Of a stretch of 64,000 bases of DNA, positions 31,098 to 42,221 are shown piece after piece. The notes below the pieces were generated by a model. That model searched no databases. It was not told the DNA's origin and worked only from the letters and a program-made list of their open reading frames with translations. The first letter of the stretch is position 1; every line of letters begins with the position of its first letter. This stretch comes from an uncultured Alphaproteobacteria bacterium. Lineage in GTDB: Bacteria > Pseudomonadota > Alphaproteobacteria > ATCC43930 > CGMCC-115725. Made by a program: the position numbers and the translations under genes. The stretch is from positions 167,041 to 231,040 of the forward strand of contig CAWFEN010000009.1 of the NCBI GenBank assembly GCA_963814865.1. Direction: 5' to 3'.

Positions 31098-31130
31098 GAA
31101 GCCGCCCTACCGAGGCGGCTTTCGTGTTTC
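31098..31130 (+). terminator. hairpin plus U-rich tail, candidate intrinsic terminator
   Basis: gaagccgcc-ctaccga-ggcggcttt followed by cgtgttt. Confidence 0.35.
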
Positions 31131-31242
31131 AGGCTCTCGCTGATCCGAATGTCGCCGATGGTGGAGCGGCCTCCAACCCCGGAGGTGATGCATGACCCAC
31201 TCGACCCCCAGGCGCGACGAGACAGCGTGGAGGTATTCTGAC

Positions 31243-32637
31243 ATGACCGAGAAATGGTCTCCCCAAAGCTGGCGCGGCCTGCCGATCCGGCAGGTGCCGG
31301 GCTATCCCGACGAGCAGGCGCTCGCCGGCGTCGAGGCGACGTTGCAGCGCTTTCCGCCGCTGGTGTTCGCCGGCGAGGCGCGGCGGCTGGAAGAGCGGCT
31401 GGCGGCGGTCGCTGCCGGCAAGGCTTTTCTGCTGCAGGGCGGCGACTGCGCCGAAAGCTTCGCCGAGTTCCACCCCAACAACATCCGCGACATGTTCAAG
31501 GTGCTGCTGCAGATGGCGGTGGTGCTGACCTTCGGCGCCGGCTGCCCGGTGGTCAAGCTCGGCCGGCTTGCCGGCCAGTTCGCCAAGCCGCGCTCCTCCG
31601 ACACCGAAACCCAAGGCAATGTGACGCTGCCCTCCTACCGCGGCGACATCATCAACGGGCTCGAATTCGACGAGGCGGCGCGCGAGCCCGACCCGCAGCG
31701 CATGGTCCAGGCCTATAGCCAATCGGCCGCGACCCTGAACCTGCTGCGCGCCTTCGCCCAGGGCGGCTATGCCGATCTGCACCGGGTCCATGCCTGGAAC
31801 CAGGATTTCGTCGCCGACTCGCCGCAGGGCGCGCGCTATCGCGAGTTGGCCGACCGGCTGACCGAAACGCTCGATTTCATGGCGGCCTGCGGGCTCAACT
31901 CGGAGACGACGCCGCAGATTCGCGAGACCGAGTTCTACACCTCGCACGAGGCGCTGTTCCTGTCCTATGAGGAGGCGCTGACCCGCGTCGATTCGACGAC
32001 CGGCGAATGGTACGACTGCTCGGCCCATCTGGTCTGGCTCGGCGACCGCACCCGCCAGGTCGACGGTGCCCATGCCGAATTCCTGCGCGGCATCAAGAAC
32101 CCGGTCGGCATGAAATGCGGGCCGACCCTCGAACCGGACGATCTGATCCGCCTGATCGACCGGCTCAACCCGCAGAACAAGCCCGGGCGGCTGACCCTGA
32201 TCACCCGCATGGGCGCCGACAAGGTCGAGGCGCGGCTGCCGCGCCTGATCCGCGCGGTGCGCCGCGAGGGACGCGAGGTCGTGTGGTGCATCGACCCGAT
32301 GCACGGCAACACGATCACCTCGACGAACGGCTACAAGACCCGGATGTTCGATCGCATCCTCGACGAGGTGCACGGCGCCTTTGCGATCCATGCCGCCGAG
32401 GGCAGCCATGCCGGCGGCGTGCATTTCGAGCTGACCGGGCAGAACGTCACCGAATGCCTCGGCGGGTCCCAGGCGATCAGCGAGGCGTCGCTCGCCGACC
32501 GCTACCTGACGCATTGCGATCCGCGGCTCAACGCGACGCAGGCGCTGGAGCTCGCCTTCGAGATCGCCGATGCGCTGAAGACGGCGCGGCAAGGGAATGG
32601 CCGTCACGGCACGAGCCGCCTCGCCGCGGTCTTGTGA
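31243..32637 (+). CDS. class II 3-deoxy-7-phosphoheptulonate (DAHP) synthase
   Basis: [42 protein letters not shown] and GGVHFELTG motifs. GGAGG lies upstream of the ATG. Confidence 0.85.
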   Translation: MTEKWSPQSWRGLPIRQVPGYPDEQALAGVEATLQRFPPLVFAGEARRLEERLAAVAAGKAFLLQGGDCAESFAEFHPNNIRDMFKVLLQMAVVLTFGAGCPVVKLGRLAGQFAKPRSSDTETQGNVTLPSYRGDIINGLEFDEAAREPDPQRMVQAYSQSAATLNLLRAFAQGGYADLHRVHAWNQDFVADSPQGARYRELADRLTETLDFMAACGLNSETTPQIRETEFYTSHEALFLSYEEALTRVDSTTGEWYDCSAHLVWLGDRTRQVDGAHAEFLRGIKNPVGMKCGPTLEPDDLIRLIDRLNPQNKPGRLTLITRMGADKVEARLPRLIRAVRREGREVVWCIDPMHGNTITSTNGYKTRMFDRILDEVHGAFAIHAAEGSHAGGVHFELTGQNVTECLGGSQAISEASLADRYLTHCDPRLNATQALELAFEIADALKTARQGNGRHGTSRLAAVL

Positions 32638-32650
32638 GGCGGTCGCGATC

Positions 32651-33781
32651 GTGGCGGCAGAGTGGCCCGAGCTGGCGGCGCGGACCGACAGCTATTTCCT
32701 GAAGACCAAGGCGATCGTCGGCCGGTTCGGCGATCGCCCGGCGACCTACGCGGTCTTCCTGCGCCGCCCGGTCATCTGCACGCCGCGTCTCGCGATCGAG
32801 TTTCTCGAACATGCCGCGGCGGAACGCGGCACCCGCTTCGAGATCGAGCTGAACTATCCCGAGGGCGCGCTCGTCGGCGCCGGCGAGCCGATCCTCTATT
32901 TGACCGGGCCGCTCTTCCACCTCGTCGACCTCGAGACCGTGCTGCTGCAAAAGCTCGGCCCGGCCTGCGTCGCCGCCGCCAACGCCTTCGCAATGTGCGC
33001 CGATCTGCCCAAGGTTGCTTTTATGGCGATGGATGCGCGGCACTGCGCCGGAGCCGAAATGGCGCAGATGATGGCTTATGCGGCATCGGTCGGCTCCGAA
33101 GCGGCGCGGCGCGAGACCGGTGCGGTTGGCTTTATCGGCTGCGCCGCCGAGGCCACCGCCCGCTATTTCGGCAAGGAAACGGGTCTCGGCACGATGCCGC
33201 ACGCGCTGATCGGCTATGCCGGCTCGACATTGCGCGCCGCCGAGATGTATCGCGAGGTGTTCCCGGACGAGCCGATGACCGTGCTCGTCGATTTCTTCGG
33301 GCGCGAGATCTCCGACGCGCTGGCGGTTGCCCGCCGCTTTCCGGATCTTGCCGCCGCGGGCGGGCTGGCGGTGCGCATCGATACGCATGGCGGGCGCTAC
33401 GTCGAAGGGCTCGACCTGTCGATGTCCTACGAGGTGCTCGAGCGCCACGCACCGCAGGCGACGCGCGGCTATCGCACCGAGCAGGAATTGCGCTACCTGG
33501 TCGGCACCGGCGTCTCGGCGGCGGCGATCTGGCTGATGCGCCGGACCTTGGACGATGCCGGGTTCGGGGCGGTCAGGATCGTCGCCAGCTCGGGCTTCAG
33601 CCCGGCCAAATGCCGGATGATGGCTGCCGCCGACGCGCCTATCGACGTGATCGGCACCGGCTCCTACCTGCCCGAGCTGTGGAGCGAGACCTATGCCACC
33701 GCCGACATCGTCGCCTATGACGGCGCACCGATGGTCAAAGCCGGCCGCGAATTTCTGCTGCGACAGCGCAGCGAGAGCTAG
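32651..33781 (+). CDS. nicotinate phosphoribosyltransferase-like (type II PRTase family) protein
   Basis: TDSYFLKTKAIV.., ..GTMPHALIGY.., VLVDFFGRE.. and VRIDTHGGRY.. The start is uncertain: GTG at 32651 was chosen to avoid a 41-nt overlap with the DAHP synthase. Confidence 0.6.
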   Translation: MAAEWPELAARTDSYFLKTKAIVGRFGDRPATYAVFLRRPVICTPRLAIEFLEHAAAERGTRFEIELNYPEGALVGAGEPILYLTGPLFHLVDLETVLLQKLGPACVAAANAFAMCADLPKVAFMAMDARHCAGAEMAQMMAYAASVGSEAARRETGAVGFIGCAAEATARYFGKETGLGTMPHALIGYAGSTLRAAEMYREVFPDEPMTVLVDFFGREISDALAVARRFPDLAAAGGLAVRIDTHGGRYVEGLDLSMSYEVLERHAPQATRGYRTEQELRYLVGTGVSAAAIWLMRRTLDDAGFGAVRIVASSGFSPAKCRMMAAADAPIDVIGTGSYLPELWSETYATADIVAYDGAPMVKAGREFLLRQRSES

Positions 33782-33868
33782 CGGCCGAAACCGTACGGGC
33801 CGCTGCGGATTTCCTCGGTGACAATTCGCCGCAGCCGGGTTAGGTTCGGTCGACTGCCAGCACAGGTC

Positions 33869-34081
33869 GGTCAACCGGGCGAGCAAAAAAGAAAACGCCG
33901 CCGGATCGGAACGATAGCAACTCGTCAACCCGGTGGCACTGGACGCGGCCGCCAAAATCGGTGAGGCGTCGGAAAAGCGGCAGAACACCAGAAACTCCTC
34001 CGACAATAAAAAGCGACACGCCGGCCTCGCCCGTTTCGGCTTCTGCATGGTCCCCCGGTTCGACCAATCTGGGAGGTCACC
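33869..34081 (+). promoter_or_regulatory. conserved structured 5' leader, copy 2
   Basis: Same layout as 10287-10505: helix gccgccgg/ccggtggc, loop GGAACGATAGCAAC, and an identical SD/AUG-sequestering 3' block. Confidence 0.5.
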
Positions 34082-35502
34082 ATGGCAGAAGTGCGCCCAA
34101 TCGCCCGATCGGCAACAACGGCCAGCTTTGTCCTCGGACGCAAGCTGGACAGCATCCCGTTCGGCGGCTACCACGTCCTGATCATCGCCGTGCTCGCCCT
34201 CGTTGGGTTTATCGAGGGCTACGATCTGGTGATGACCGGCTCGCTGGTGGTGCTGGCCAAAGGGCCGCTGCATCTTACCGGGGCCGATATAAGGATGCTC
34301 GTCCCTTCCCGACCTTCATGTTGACCCTTGGCGGCTTCTTCTTCTCCGCAATATCCGACCACTTGAGCCGTAAGATCGATCGTGCTGATCGGCGTGTTCT
34401 TGACGACCTTTCTGACCCTGCTGATCCCGCTGGTGCAGAATGCCGAGCAGCTGATCGTTCTGCGCCTGCTGACCGGCATCGGCGCCGGCGGCGTCGGTTT
34501 CGGCGGCGTTCCCGATCGCCGCCGAATTGATGCCCGCGCAGCACCGGCGCACCTATGGCGCGATCTATGAGATGGCGTTGGCGACCTCCTTCACCGTGGT
34601 GCCGTTCATCGGCCTTCCTGCTCGCCGGCAATGTCGAACGCCTTTCGGTTTCTGGCTTTGCCGGGCGGGCTGGCGGTGACCATCATTCCTGTGCATCGAT
34701 CTATTTCGTGCTTCCCGAAAGCCCACGCTGGTATTTGCGCAAAGGCCAGCCGCAGGTCGGCGGTCGATATCGTCAACCAGATCATCAGGCGATCCGGCAA
34801 CCGGGTGCCGCCGCTGACGGTCGAGGCGCTCGGCGACGCGACGCCGAAGCGGCCCCGAGAAGCTGCCGCCCTATTGGGCCTTGTTCGCCCGCGGCCAGCT
34901 GCGCTGGACGACGGTCGGCATTCTCGCCGGCGTGTGCGCCGGCACCGCCTTTTTCCTGATTTCAGTCCTGCTGCCAAAGGCGCTGGTCGATCAGGGCTGC
35001 GCCGTCAGTCTCGGGCTTCGGGATTGACCTCGGTCGTCTATTTGGCGAGCTTTTTCGGGAAAGGTTTCACCGGGTATCCTGATGGAGATCATCGGGCGGC
35101 GTTGGACGATCGCTTATGCGCTCCTCGGATCGCTGCCGGGCGTTGTGTTGATGCTGCTGGCGCATCGTGCGGGGGGCTATGCGGGCGTGGTGATGGTGGC
35201 GGGAGGGCTGATCATCGGCTTTACCGTGCTGTCTGCCTTTACCGCTACGCGCGTCTACCTGTCCGAGCAGTTCCCGACGGCATTGCGCGGGCGCGGGCAC
35301 ATTTTCGGCGAATCGTTCGGGAGGCTGTTTGCCGGCGTGACTGGCGCCGTTTTTGATGGAGCCGCACACCGCCTCGCCGACGATCTTCTTCGGCACGATC
35401 TTCGTTGTCGTGGCGATCGGCGCGTTCATCCCGCTGGCGTTCGGCAAGGAGACCATGGGTCAACTCGAAATCGTGACCGAGACTGTGCCGGCGCTGGCCT
35501 GA
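34082..35502 (+). pseudogene. MFS transporter paralog 2, many frameshifts
   Basis: Paralog-like peptides are scattered over all three frames: MAEVRPIARS..LDSIPFGGYH.., FMLTLGGFFFSAISDHLSRK, MLIGVFLTTFLTLLIPLVQNAEQL.., YFVLPESPRWYLRKGQ.., MEIIGRRWTIAYALLGSLPG..EQFPTALRGRGHIFGESFG... The homologous end is ..LEIVTETVPALA* at 35500-35502. Confidence 0.8.
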
Positions 35503-35510
35503 TCGTGCCA

Positions 35511-35728
35511 GTCGGCCAAGCGACGAGCGGCAACAAGCGCCGTCAATCTGGAACAGGAGCAACCCGTCGACCCGGTGGCGCACGTTGCGGCCCGCCGTAA
35601 TTGGTGAGGTGTCGGCAAAGGCCCAGGTCAGCAAAGCCAGAAATTTCGCCATCGAGAACTGACAGGCCGGCCTCGCCCGTTTTCGGCTGCAGCATGGTCC
35701 CCGGGTTCAATCAATCTGGGAGGTCACC
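35511..35728 (+). promoter_or_regulatory. conserved structured 5' leader, copy 3
   Basis: Same layout: helix gcgcc/ggcgc, loop GGAACAGGAGCAAC, and an identical SD/AUG block. It fills almost the whole gap between MFS paralogs 2 and 3. Confidence 0.5.
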
Positions 35729-37152
35729 ATGGCAGAAATCCGCCCGATCGGCCGATCGGCAAATCCGGCTAGCTTTGTGCTCGGCCGCAAGCTCGACAGC
35801 ATCCCGTTCAGCCCCTACCACCTCATGATCATCGTGGTCTTGGGCCTCGTCGGCTTTATCGACGGCTACGACCTCGTAATGACCGGCTCGCTGCTGGTGC
35901 TGGCAAAGCAGCCGCTGCACCTGACGCCGGCCGAGATCCGATTTCTCGCCGATCGCGTCGACGATGATGATCTGCGTCGGCGGGTTTATCGCGTCGACGA
36001 TCTCGGATCACTGGAGCCGCAAGACGATCATGCTGATCGGCGTCGGCGCGATCACTTTTTTCACGCTGCTGATCCCGCTCGTGCACAACGGCGAGCAACT
36101 GATCGTCTTTCGGCTGTTGACCGGCCTCGGCGGCGGCTTTGCGGTCTCCGCCCCGTTTCCGATCGCCGCCGAGCTGATGCCGGCGCAACATCGCCGCACC
36201 TTTGGCGCCGTCTATGAAATGGCGCTCGCCGCCTCGTTTACCGTGCTGCCGTTCGTCGGCTTCCTGCTGTCCGGCGACCCGAACGCCTTTCGGCTGATGG
36301 CGCTGCCCGGCGGGCTCGCCTTCCTCATCGTGCCTGCGCTGATCTATTTCCTGATCCCGGAAAGTCCGCGCTGGTATCTGCAACGCGGCCGAACCGCGGC
36401 GGCGGTCGACACCGTCAATCGAGATGATCCGCCGCGGCCGGCAATCGTGTACCGCAGCTGGCGGTCGGGGCGCTCGGCGACCACTCCCCGGATGCGCGCG
36501 AACAGCTGCCACCCTATCGGGCGTTGTTCGGCTCGCGGCCAATTGCGCTGGACGGCGATCGGCATTTCCAGCTACGTCTTCTGCCGGCACCGGCATTTTT
36601 CCTGATCTCCGTGCTGCTGCCGAAGGCGCTTGGTCGATCAGGGCGCGCGGTTGGCAATGAGCTTTGGCGTCAGCCTCCCTGGTATTCGCCGCGAGCATTC
36701 CGGGGAAGGGCTTCACCGGGTATCTGATGGAGATCATCGGGCGGCGCTGGACGATTTTCTATGCGATGTCGGCTCGCTGCCCGGGGTGTCTGCTGATGAT
36801 GATGGCGCACCGCGCCGGGCCATATGCGACGAGCGCCATGGTGACGGGAGCGCTGATCACCGGCTTCACCGCACTGTCCACCGCGACCGCTTTTCGGGTC
36901 TACCTCGTCGGAGCAGTTCCCAACAGTCGCTTGCGCGGCCGCGGGCATATCTTCGGCGAGTTGGTCGGGCGGGTCTTTTCCGGCGGTGACTGGCGCCGTT
37001 CCTGATGGAGCCATATGTCGGCTCGCCGGCGATCTTCTTCGGCACGATCCTCGTCATGGTCACGATCGGCGCCTTCATCCCGCTGACTTTTCGGCCGCGA
37101 GACCGTGGGTCAGCTCGAAACCGTAACCGAAGGGATCGCCGCGCCAGCCTGA
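35729..37152 (+). pseudogene. MFS transporter paralog 3, many frameshifts
   Basis: MAEIRPIGRS..LDSIPFSPYH.., then GGFIASTISDHWSRKTIMLIGV..FLIPESPRWYLQRGR.., IPGKGFTGYLMEIIGRRWTIFYAM.. and PAIFFGTILVMVTIGAFIPL.. lie in different frames. The homologous end is ..LETVTEGIAAPA* at 37150-37152. Confidence 0.8.
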
Positions 37153-37327
37153 CCCGGCCGATGCCGCAATCGGGCCGTCCATGGCGACAGGCCGCGCACT
37201 GACCGAGGGCGCGCCGCGCCGACGAAGAAGCTGATGCTGCGCCAGCCGAAGGCGTCTCGACGCGGCAGGATTTTTCGCGGCGGCCGCGGCGCGCGGGAGT
37301 GCGTCTCCTCGACGCCACCCGGTCGGG

Positions 37328-38743
37328 TTACGCCAATTGGCGCACGTCGGTGAGGCGGCCGGTGACGGCGGCGGCGGCGGCCATCGCCGGGCCCATCAGG
37401 TGGCTCTTGGCGTTCTTGCCCTGACGGCCTTCGAAATTGCGGTTCGAGGTCGTGGCCACGCGCTCGCCGTGCATCGCCTTGTCGTTGTTCATCGACATGC
37501 ACATCGAACAGCCGGCCTCGCGCCATTCGAACCCGGCGTCGAGAAAGATCCGGTCGAGCCCTTCCTCCTCGGCCTGGCGCTTGACGTGACCGGAGCCGGG
37601 CACGACCAATGCCGTGACGCCATCGGCGACTTTGCGGCCCTTGGCGATCGCTGCGGCGGCCCGCAGATCCTCGATCCGGCTGTTGGTGCAGGAGCCGATG
37701 AACACCCGCTGCACCGGCACGTCGGTTAAACGCGTGTTTGGCTTCAGCTGCATATATTGCAGCGCGCGCTCGATCGCCGCGCGCTGCAGCGGATCGTCGA
37801 TCCGGGCCGGGTCGGGAACGCGGCCGGTGACCGGCGCCGCCTGTTCCGGGTTGGTGCCCCAGGTGACGTGCGGCGCGATATCGGCGGCGTCGAGATGCGC
37901 CTGCTTGTCGTACGCGGCACCAGGATCGGAAGGCAGGGTGCGCCAATGTGCGACCGCCTGCTCCCAGGCGGCGCCCTTCGGCGCGTAGGGCCGGCCCATG
38001 ACATAGGCGATCGTCTTTTCATCCGGGGCGACGAGCCCGGCGCGGGCGCCGGCTTCGATCGACATGTTGCAAACCGTCATTCGTCCTTCCATCGACATGT
38101 CGCGGAAGGTGCTGCCGGCATATTCGAACACGTGCCCGGTGCCGCCGGCGGTGCCGATCTTGGCGATGATCGCGAGGATTACGTCCTTGGGGCTGACGCC
38201 GGCGCCGAGCGAGCCGTTGACCTCGATCAGCATGTTCCTGGCCGGGCGCTGGATCAGCGTCTGCGTCGCCAGCACATGCTCGACCTCGGAGGTGCCGATG
38301 CCGAAGGCCAGCGCCCCCATCGCACCATGCGTCGCGGTGTGGCTGTCGCCGCAGACGATGGTCATGCCGGGCTGGCTCAGGCCCTGCTCCGGTCCGATGA
38401 TGTGGACGATGCCCTGGTCGATGCTGTCGATCGGGAAATAGGGGACGCCGAATTCCTTCACGTTGCGTTCGAGCGTATCGACCTGCAGCTTCGAATCGGG
38501 CTCGTCGATGCCGGCGACGCCGGCCCTGCGGTTGGTGGTCGGGATGTTGTGATCGGCAACCGCCATCGTCGCGTCCGGACGGCGGACCTTGCGGCCGGCG
38601 AGCTTCAGGCCCTCGAAAGCCTGCGGGCTCGTTACCTCGTGGACCAGGTGCAGGTCGATATAGATCAGGCAGGTGCCGTCGGCTTGGCGGTCGACGACGT
38701 GGCTCTGCCAGATTTTGTCGAACAGGGTGCGCGGCGCGGCCAT
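37328..38743 (-). CDS. leuC: 3-isopropylmalate dehydratase large subunit
   Basis: [12 protein letters not shown].., [12 protein letters not shown] and [12 protein letters not shown] (Fe-S ligand motifs), ..EAGCSMC..; 471 aa. Confidence 0.9.
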   Translation of the reverse strand: MAAPRTLFDKIWQSHVVDRQADGTCLIYIDLHLVHEVTSPQAFEGLKLAGRKVRRPDATMAVADHNIPTTNRRAGVAGIDEPDSKLQVDTLERNVKEFGVPYFPIDSIDQGIVHIIGPEQGLSQPGMTIVCGDSHTATHGAMGALAFGIGTSEVEHVLATQTLIQRPARNMLIEVNGSLGAGVSPKDVILAIIAKIGTAGGTGHVFEYAGSTFRDMSMEGRMTVCNMSIEAGARAGLVAPDEKTIAYVMGRPYAPKGAAWEQAVAHWRTLPSDPGAAYDKQAHLDAADIAPHVTWGTNPEQAAPVTGRVPDPARIDDPLQRAAIERALQYMQLKPNTRLTDVPVQRVFIGSCTNSRIEDLRAAAAIAKGRKVADGVTALVVPGSGHVKRQAEEEGLDRIFLDAGFEWREAGCSMCMSMNNDKAMHGERVATTSNRNFEGRQGKNAKSHLMGPAMAAAAAVTGRLTDVRQLA

Positions 38744-38763
38744 GATCTCTCCACTCCTATGGG

Positions 38764-39180
38764 TTATTTGTCGCCGCTGCCGGCCATCGCCGGGGCCGGC
38801 CGGGTTTGCGGGCGCACGCTGTCGCGGGGGCGCTCGGCGATGCGCGCCCGCCGGCCGGTCAGGCCGCGCAGGTAGTAGAGCTTGGCCCGCCGCACCACGC
38901 CGCGGCGTACCACCTCGATCGCGGTGATGCGCGGCGAATAGAGCGGAAAGACGCGCTCCACCCCTTCGCCGTAGGAGATCTTGCGCAAGGTGAAGTTCGA
39001 GTTCACCTCGGCGTTCTTGCGTGCGATGCACACGCCTTCGAAGGCCTGGATGCGCTCGCGCTCGCCCTCGACGACCTTGATCAGGACGCGCACCGTGTCG
39101 CCCGGCTGGAATACCGGCACCGGCCGGCTGGCGGCGAGCTTTTCGACCTGCTCGCGGTCCAGCTGCTGAAGAAGGTTCAT
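38764..39180 (-). CDS. rplS: 50S ribosomal protein L19
   Basis: [66 protein letters not shown] at 39180 has AAGGTGA upstream. Confidence 0.9.
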   Translation of the reverse strand: MNLLQQLDREQVEKLAASRPVPVFQPGDTVRVLIKVVEGERERIQAFEGVCIARKNAEVNSNFTLRKISYGEGVERVFPLYSPRITAIEVVRRGVVRRAKLYYLRGLTGRRARIAERPRDSVRPQTRPAPAMAGSGDK

Positions 39181-39207
39181 CACTTCACCTTTCGATATTC
39201 GTCGGGG

Positions 39208-39891
39208 TCACGCCTCGCGGCGCGCCCGCAAATCGGGCCGGCGTTCGCCGGTCAGCCGCTCCGCCTCGGCCCGGCGCCAGGCCCGGATGCGCCGATGGTC
39301 GCCGGAGACCAGGACCTCGGGCACGGCGCGTCCCTGCCACAGCTGCGGACGCGTATACTGGGGATATTCGAGCAGGCCCTCGGCAAAGCTCTCCTCGGCC
39401 AGGGTCTCGGCACCGCCGACGACACCCGGCAGCAGCCGCACGCAGGCGTCGATCAGCGCGATCGCCGCCGGCTCGCCGCCCGACAGCACAAAATCTCCGA
39501 GGCTCAGCTCCTCGACCGCACGCGCCTCCAATACCCGCTCGTCGACCCCCTCGAAGCGGCCGCAGATCAAGGTCACCCCCGCCATCGCCGCCAATGCCCG
39601 CACCCGTTCCTGGTCGAGCCGGCGGCCGCGCGGCGACATCAGCAGCAGCGGCCCGACCCCGCCCGCAGCGGCGATGGCGGCGTCGAGCACATCCGGCCGC
39701 ATCACCATGCCCGGACCGCCGCCGAACGGCGCATCGTCGACCGAGCGGTGCTTATCGCGCGCAAAGTCGCGGATGTCCACCGTTTCGAGACGCCACAACC
39801 CGGCCGTCAGCGCCTTGCCGGCCAGCGAGCAGGCGAGCGGGCCCGGCAGCATCTGCGGGAAGATCGTCAGCACCGTCGCGCGCCACATCAT
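39208..39891 (-). CDS. trmD: tRNA (guanine37-N1)-methyltransferase
   Basis: [11 protein letters not shown].., [35 protein letters not shown] and LSGGEPAA. Confidence 0.9.
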   Translation of the reverse strand: MMWRATVLTIFPQMLPGPLACSLAGKALTAGLWRLETVDIRDFARDKHRSVDDAPFGGGPGMVMRPDVLDAAIAAAGGVGPLLLMSPRGRRLDQERVRALAAMAGVTLICGRFEGVDERVLEARAVEELSLGDFVLSGGEPAAIALIDACVRLLPGVVGGAETLAEESFAEGLLEYPQYTRPQLWQGRAVPEVLVSGDHRRIRAWRRAEAERLTGERRPDLRARREA

Positions 39892-40439
39892 GCCGGCTCC
39901 CGCACCGGGCGGCGCGCCGGCCCGGCATCGTCGAGCAGCCCCGGCGGCGGATCGATGACCAGCCGCCCGCCGGCGAGGTCGACGACCGGGACGACCGCGC
40001 GGGTGAACGGCACCATGGCCGGCGGCGCGCCGTGGCGCTCGATCTCGATCATGTCGCCGGCGCCGAAATCATGCACCGCGCGAACCCGCCCGACCGGGGT
40101 GCCGTCGCCGAGCGCCGCGTCGAGCCCGATCAGGTCGGCGTGATAATATTCCTCGGCTTCGGGCTGCGGCAGCGCCGAGCGCGGCAGGCAGAGGCGCAGC
40201 CCGCGCAGCGCCTCGGCCTGGTCGCGGTCCTCGACCCCCGCGAGGCGCGCGATCAGCACGCCCTTCGCCGTGCCGAGCAGGCGCAGCTCGAAATGCCGCC
40301 GCCCGGTTTCGTCGGCAAGCGGCGCATAGGACGCGATATCCTCGGGCTGCGCGGTAAAGCTCTTGATCCGCACCGCGCCCGTCACCCCGTGCGGACCGGT
40401 GACGATCCCGACGCAGACCTGCTTTGCCGGCGCTGTCAT
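39888..40439 (-). CDS. rimM: 16S rRNA processing protein RimM
   Basis: [22 protein letters not shown].., [10 protein letters not shown] and the PRC-barrel tail. 4-nt overlap with trmD. Confidence 0.85.
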   Translation of the reverse strand: MTAPAKQVCVGIVTGPHGVTGAVRIKSFTAQPEDIASYAPLADETGRRHFELRLLGTAKGVLIARLAGVEDRDQAEALRGLRLCLPRSALPQPEAEEYYHADLIGLDAALGDGTPVGRVRAVHDFGAGDMIEIERHGAPPAMVPFTRAVVPVVDLAGGRLVIDPPPGLLDDAGPARRPVREPA

Positions 40440-40466
40440 CAGCCCGCACCGGATCCGTGCGCCGGC

Positions 40467-40826
40467 TCAGCTCCGGCCGCCGGCGGCAGCGGCCGCCTCG
40501 GCGGCGGCCTTCTGCCGTTCCTGCGCCTTTGCCTTCGGCGCCGATTTGACCGGGGTCTCGCGGACCGCCGGCTTATCGATCAGACCGGCATCGCCCAAAA
40601 ACCGCGCGACGCGATCGGTCGGCAGGGCTCCGACGCCAAGCCAATGCTGGATGCGCTCGGATTTGAGCGTGACCCGGTCGGCATGCGAGCGTTCGACCAT
40701 CGGGTTGTAGGTCCCGAGCTTCTCGATAAAGCGGCCGTCGCGCGGGCTGCGCGAATCGGCGACGACGATGCTGTAATAGGGGCGTTTTTTCGCCCCGCCG
40801 CGGGCCAGGCGGATCCTCAGCGCCAT
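40467..40826 (-). CDS. rpsP: 30S ribosomal protein S16
   Basis: [42 protein letters not shown]. Confidence 0.9.
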   Translation of the reverse strand: MALRIRLARGGAKKRPYYSIVVADSRSPRDGRFIEKLGTYNPMVERSHADRVTLKSERIQHWLGVGALPTDRVARFLGDAGLIDKPAVRETPVKSAPKAKAQERQKAAAEAAAAAGGRS

Positions 40827-40841
40827 GTTCCGGCCCTCGCC

Positions 40842-42221
40842 TTAATGACGCAGGCCGGCGCCGGGCATCAGCCCGGCGAGGCCGTGGCGCGCCAGCCCCT
40901 TGCGGCCCAGCTTCTTCATCTTCTTCATCATGTCGGCCATATCCTGGTATTGCTTGAGGAGGCGGTTGATCTCCGGCACCGAGGTGCCCGAGCCCGACGC
41001 GATCCGGCGCCGGCGCGAAGCGTTCAGCAGCTTGGGATTGCGCCGCTCGCTCTTGGTCATCGACGAGATGATCGCCTGCTGGCGCTTGATGATGCGCTCG
41101 TCGATATTGGCCCCGTCGAGCTGCTTCTTGATCCTGCCGATCCCCGGCAGCAGCGACAGCATCCCGCCCATTCCGCCCATCCGACGGATCTGGCGCAGCT
41201 GCCCGGCGAGGTCGTCGAGGTCGAAACGGCCCTGTTCGAGCCTGACCGCGAGTTTTTCCGCTTCGTCATGGTCGACCGTCTCCGCCGCCTTCTCGACCAG
41301 GCTGACGACGTCGCCCATGCCGAGGATGCGGCCGGCGATCCGCTCGGGATGAAACGGCTCGAGCGCCTCGACGCGTTCGCCGAGCCCGATGAACACGATC
41401 GGCTTGCCGGTGATCGCGCGCATCGACAAGGCGGCGCCGCCGCGGGCATCGCCGTCGACCCGCGTCAGCACGATCCCGGTAATGCCGGCACGCTCGCCAA
41501 AGGCCTTGGCGAGGTTGACCGCATCCTGCCCGGTCATCGCATCGGCGACGAGCAATGTCTGGTGCGGGTTGGCGGCGGCGCGCACGGCCGCGACTTCGAG
41601 CATCAGCTCCTCGTTGATATGGAGCCGCCCGGCGGTATCGAGGATGACGGCGTCGTAGCCCTCGACCCGCCCGGTCTGAAGCGCCCGATTGGCGATTGCG
41701 ACCGGCTTTTCGCCCGGCACGATCGGCAGGCTCGCCACGCCGATCTGACGGCCGAGCACGGCAAGCTGCTCCTGCGCGGCCGGGCGCTGCACGTCGAGCG
41801 AGGCGAGCAGCACCTTTTTGCGGTCGCGCTGTTTGAGCCGGCTGGCGATCTTCGCCGCCGTCGTGGTTTTGCCCGAGCCTTGCAGCCCCACCAGCATGAT
41901 GGCGACCGGGGACGGGGCGTTCAGATCGAGCCCCTCGTGCGGCATCCCGTCCGCACTGCCGCCCAGCACCTCGACGAGATGGTCGTGGACGATCTTGACC
42001 ACCATCTGCGCCGGCGTCACCGAGCGCAGCACCTCCTGGCCCAGCGCCTTTTCGCGCACTGCGGCGACGAAATCCCGGACCACCGGCAACGCCACATCGG
42101 CTTCGAGCAGGGCCACCCGGATCTCGCGCAGCGCAGCCCCGACATCCGCCTCGGTCAGCGCGCCGTGGCGGCGCAGCCGGTCGAAGACATCGCCGAGGCG
42201 ATCGGTCAGGCTATCGAACAT
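40842..42221 (-). CDS. ffh: signal recognition particle protein Ffh
   Basis: MFDSLTDRLGDVF.., GLQGSGKTTT, DTAGRL, the methionine-rich M domain ..RMGGMGGMLSLLPG.. and ..MKKMKKLG... Confidence 0.9.
   Translation of the reverse strand: MFDSLTDRLGDVFDRLRRHGALTEADVGAALREIRVALLEADVALPVVRDFVAAVREKALGQEVLRSVTPAQMVVKIVHDHLVEVLGGSADGMPHEGLDLNAPSPVAIMLVGLQGSGKTTTAAKIASRLKQRDRKKVLLASLDVQRPAAQEQLAVLGRQIGVASLPIVPGEKPVAIANRALQTGRVEGYDAVILDTAGRLHINEELMLEVAAVRAAANPHQTLLVADAMTGQDAVNLAKAFGERAGITGIVLTRVDGDARGGAALSMRAITGKPIVFIGLGERVEALEPFHPERIAGRILGMGDVVSLVEKAAETVDHDEAEKLAVRLEQGRFDLDDLAGQLRQIRRMGGMGGMLSLLPGIGRIKKQLDGANIDERIIKRQQAIISSMTKSERRNPKLLNASRRRRIASGSGTSVPEINRLLKQYQDMADMMKKMKKLGRKGLARHGLAGLMPGAGLRH

Noticed and set aside
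27270-31130. A tmRNA-targeted integrative island, because ssrA is a classic integration hotspot and an AT-richer islet lies nearby.
   Set aside because: The islet begins ~2 kb downstream of ssrA, with the core genes sspB and gor in between. There is no integrase and no duplicated ssrA 3' end flanking it.
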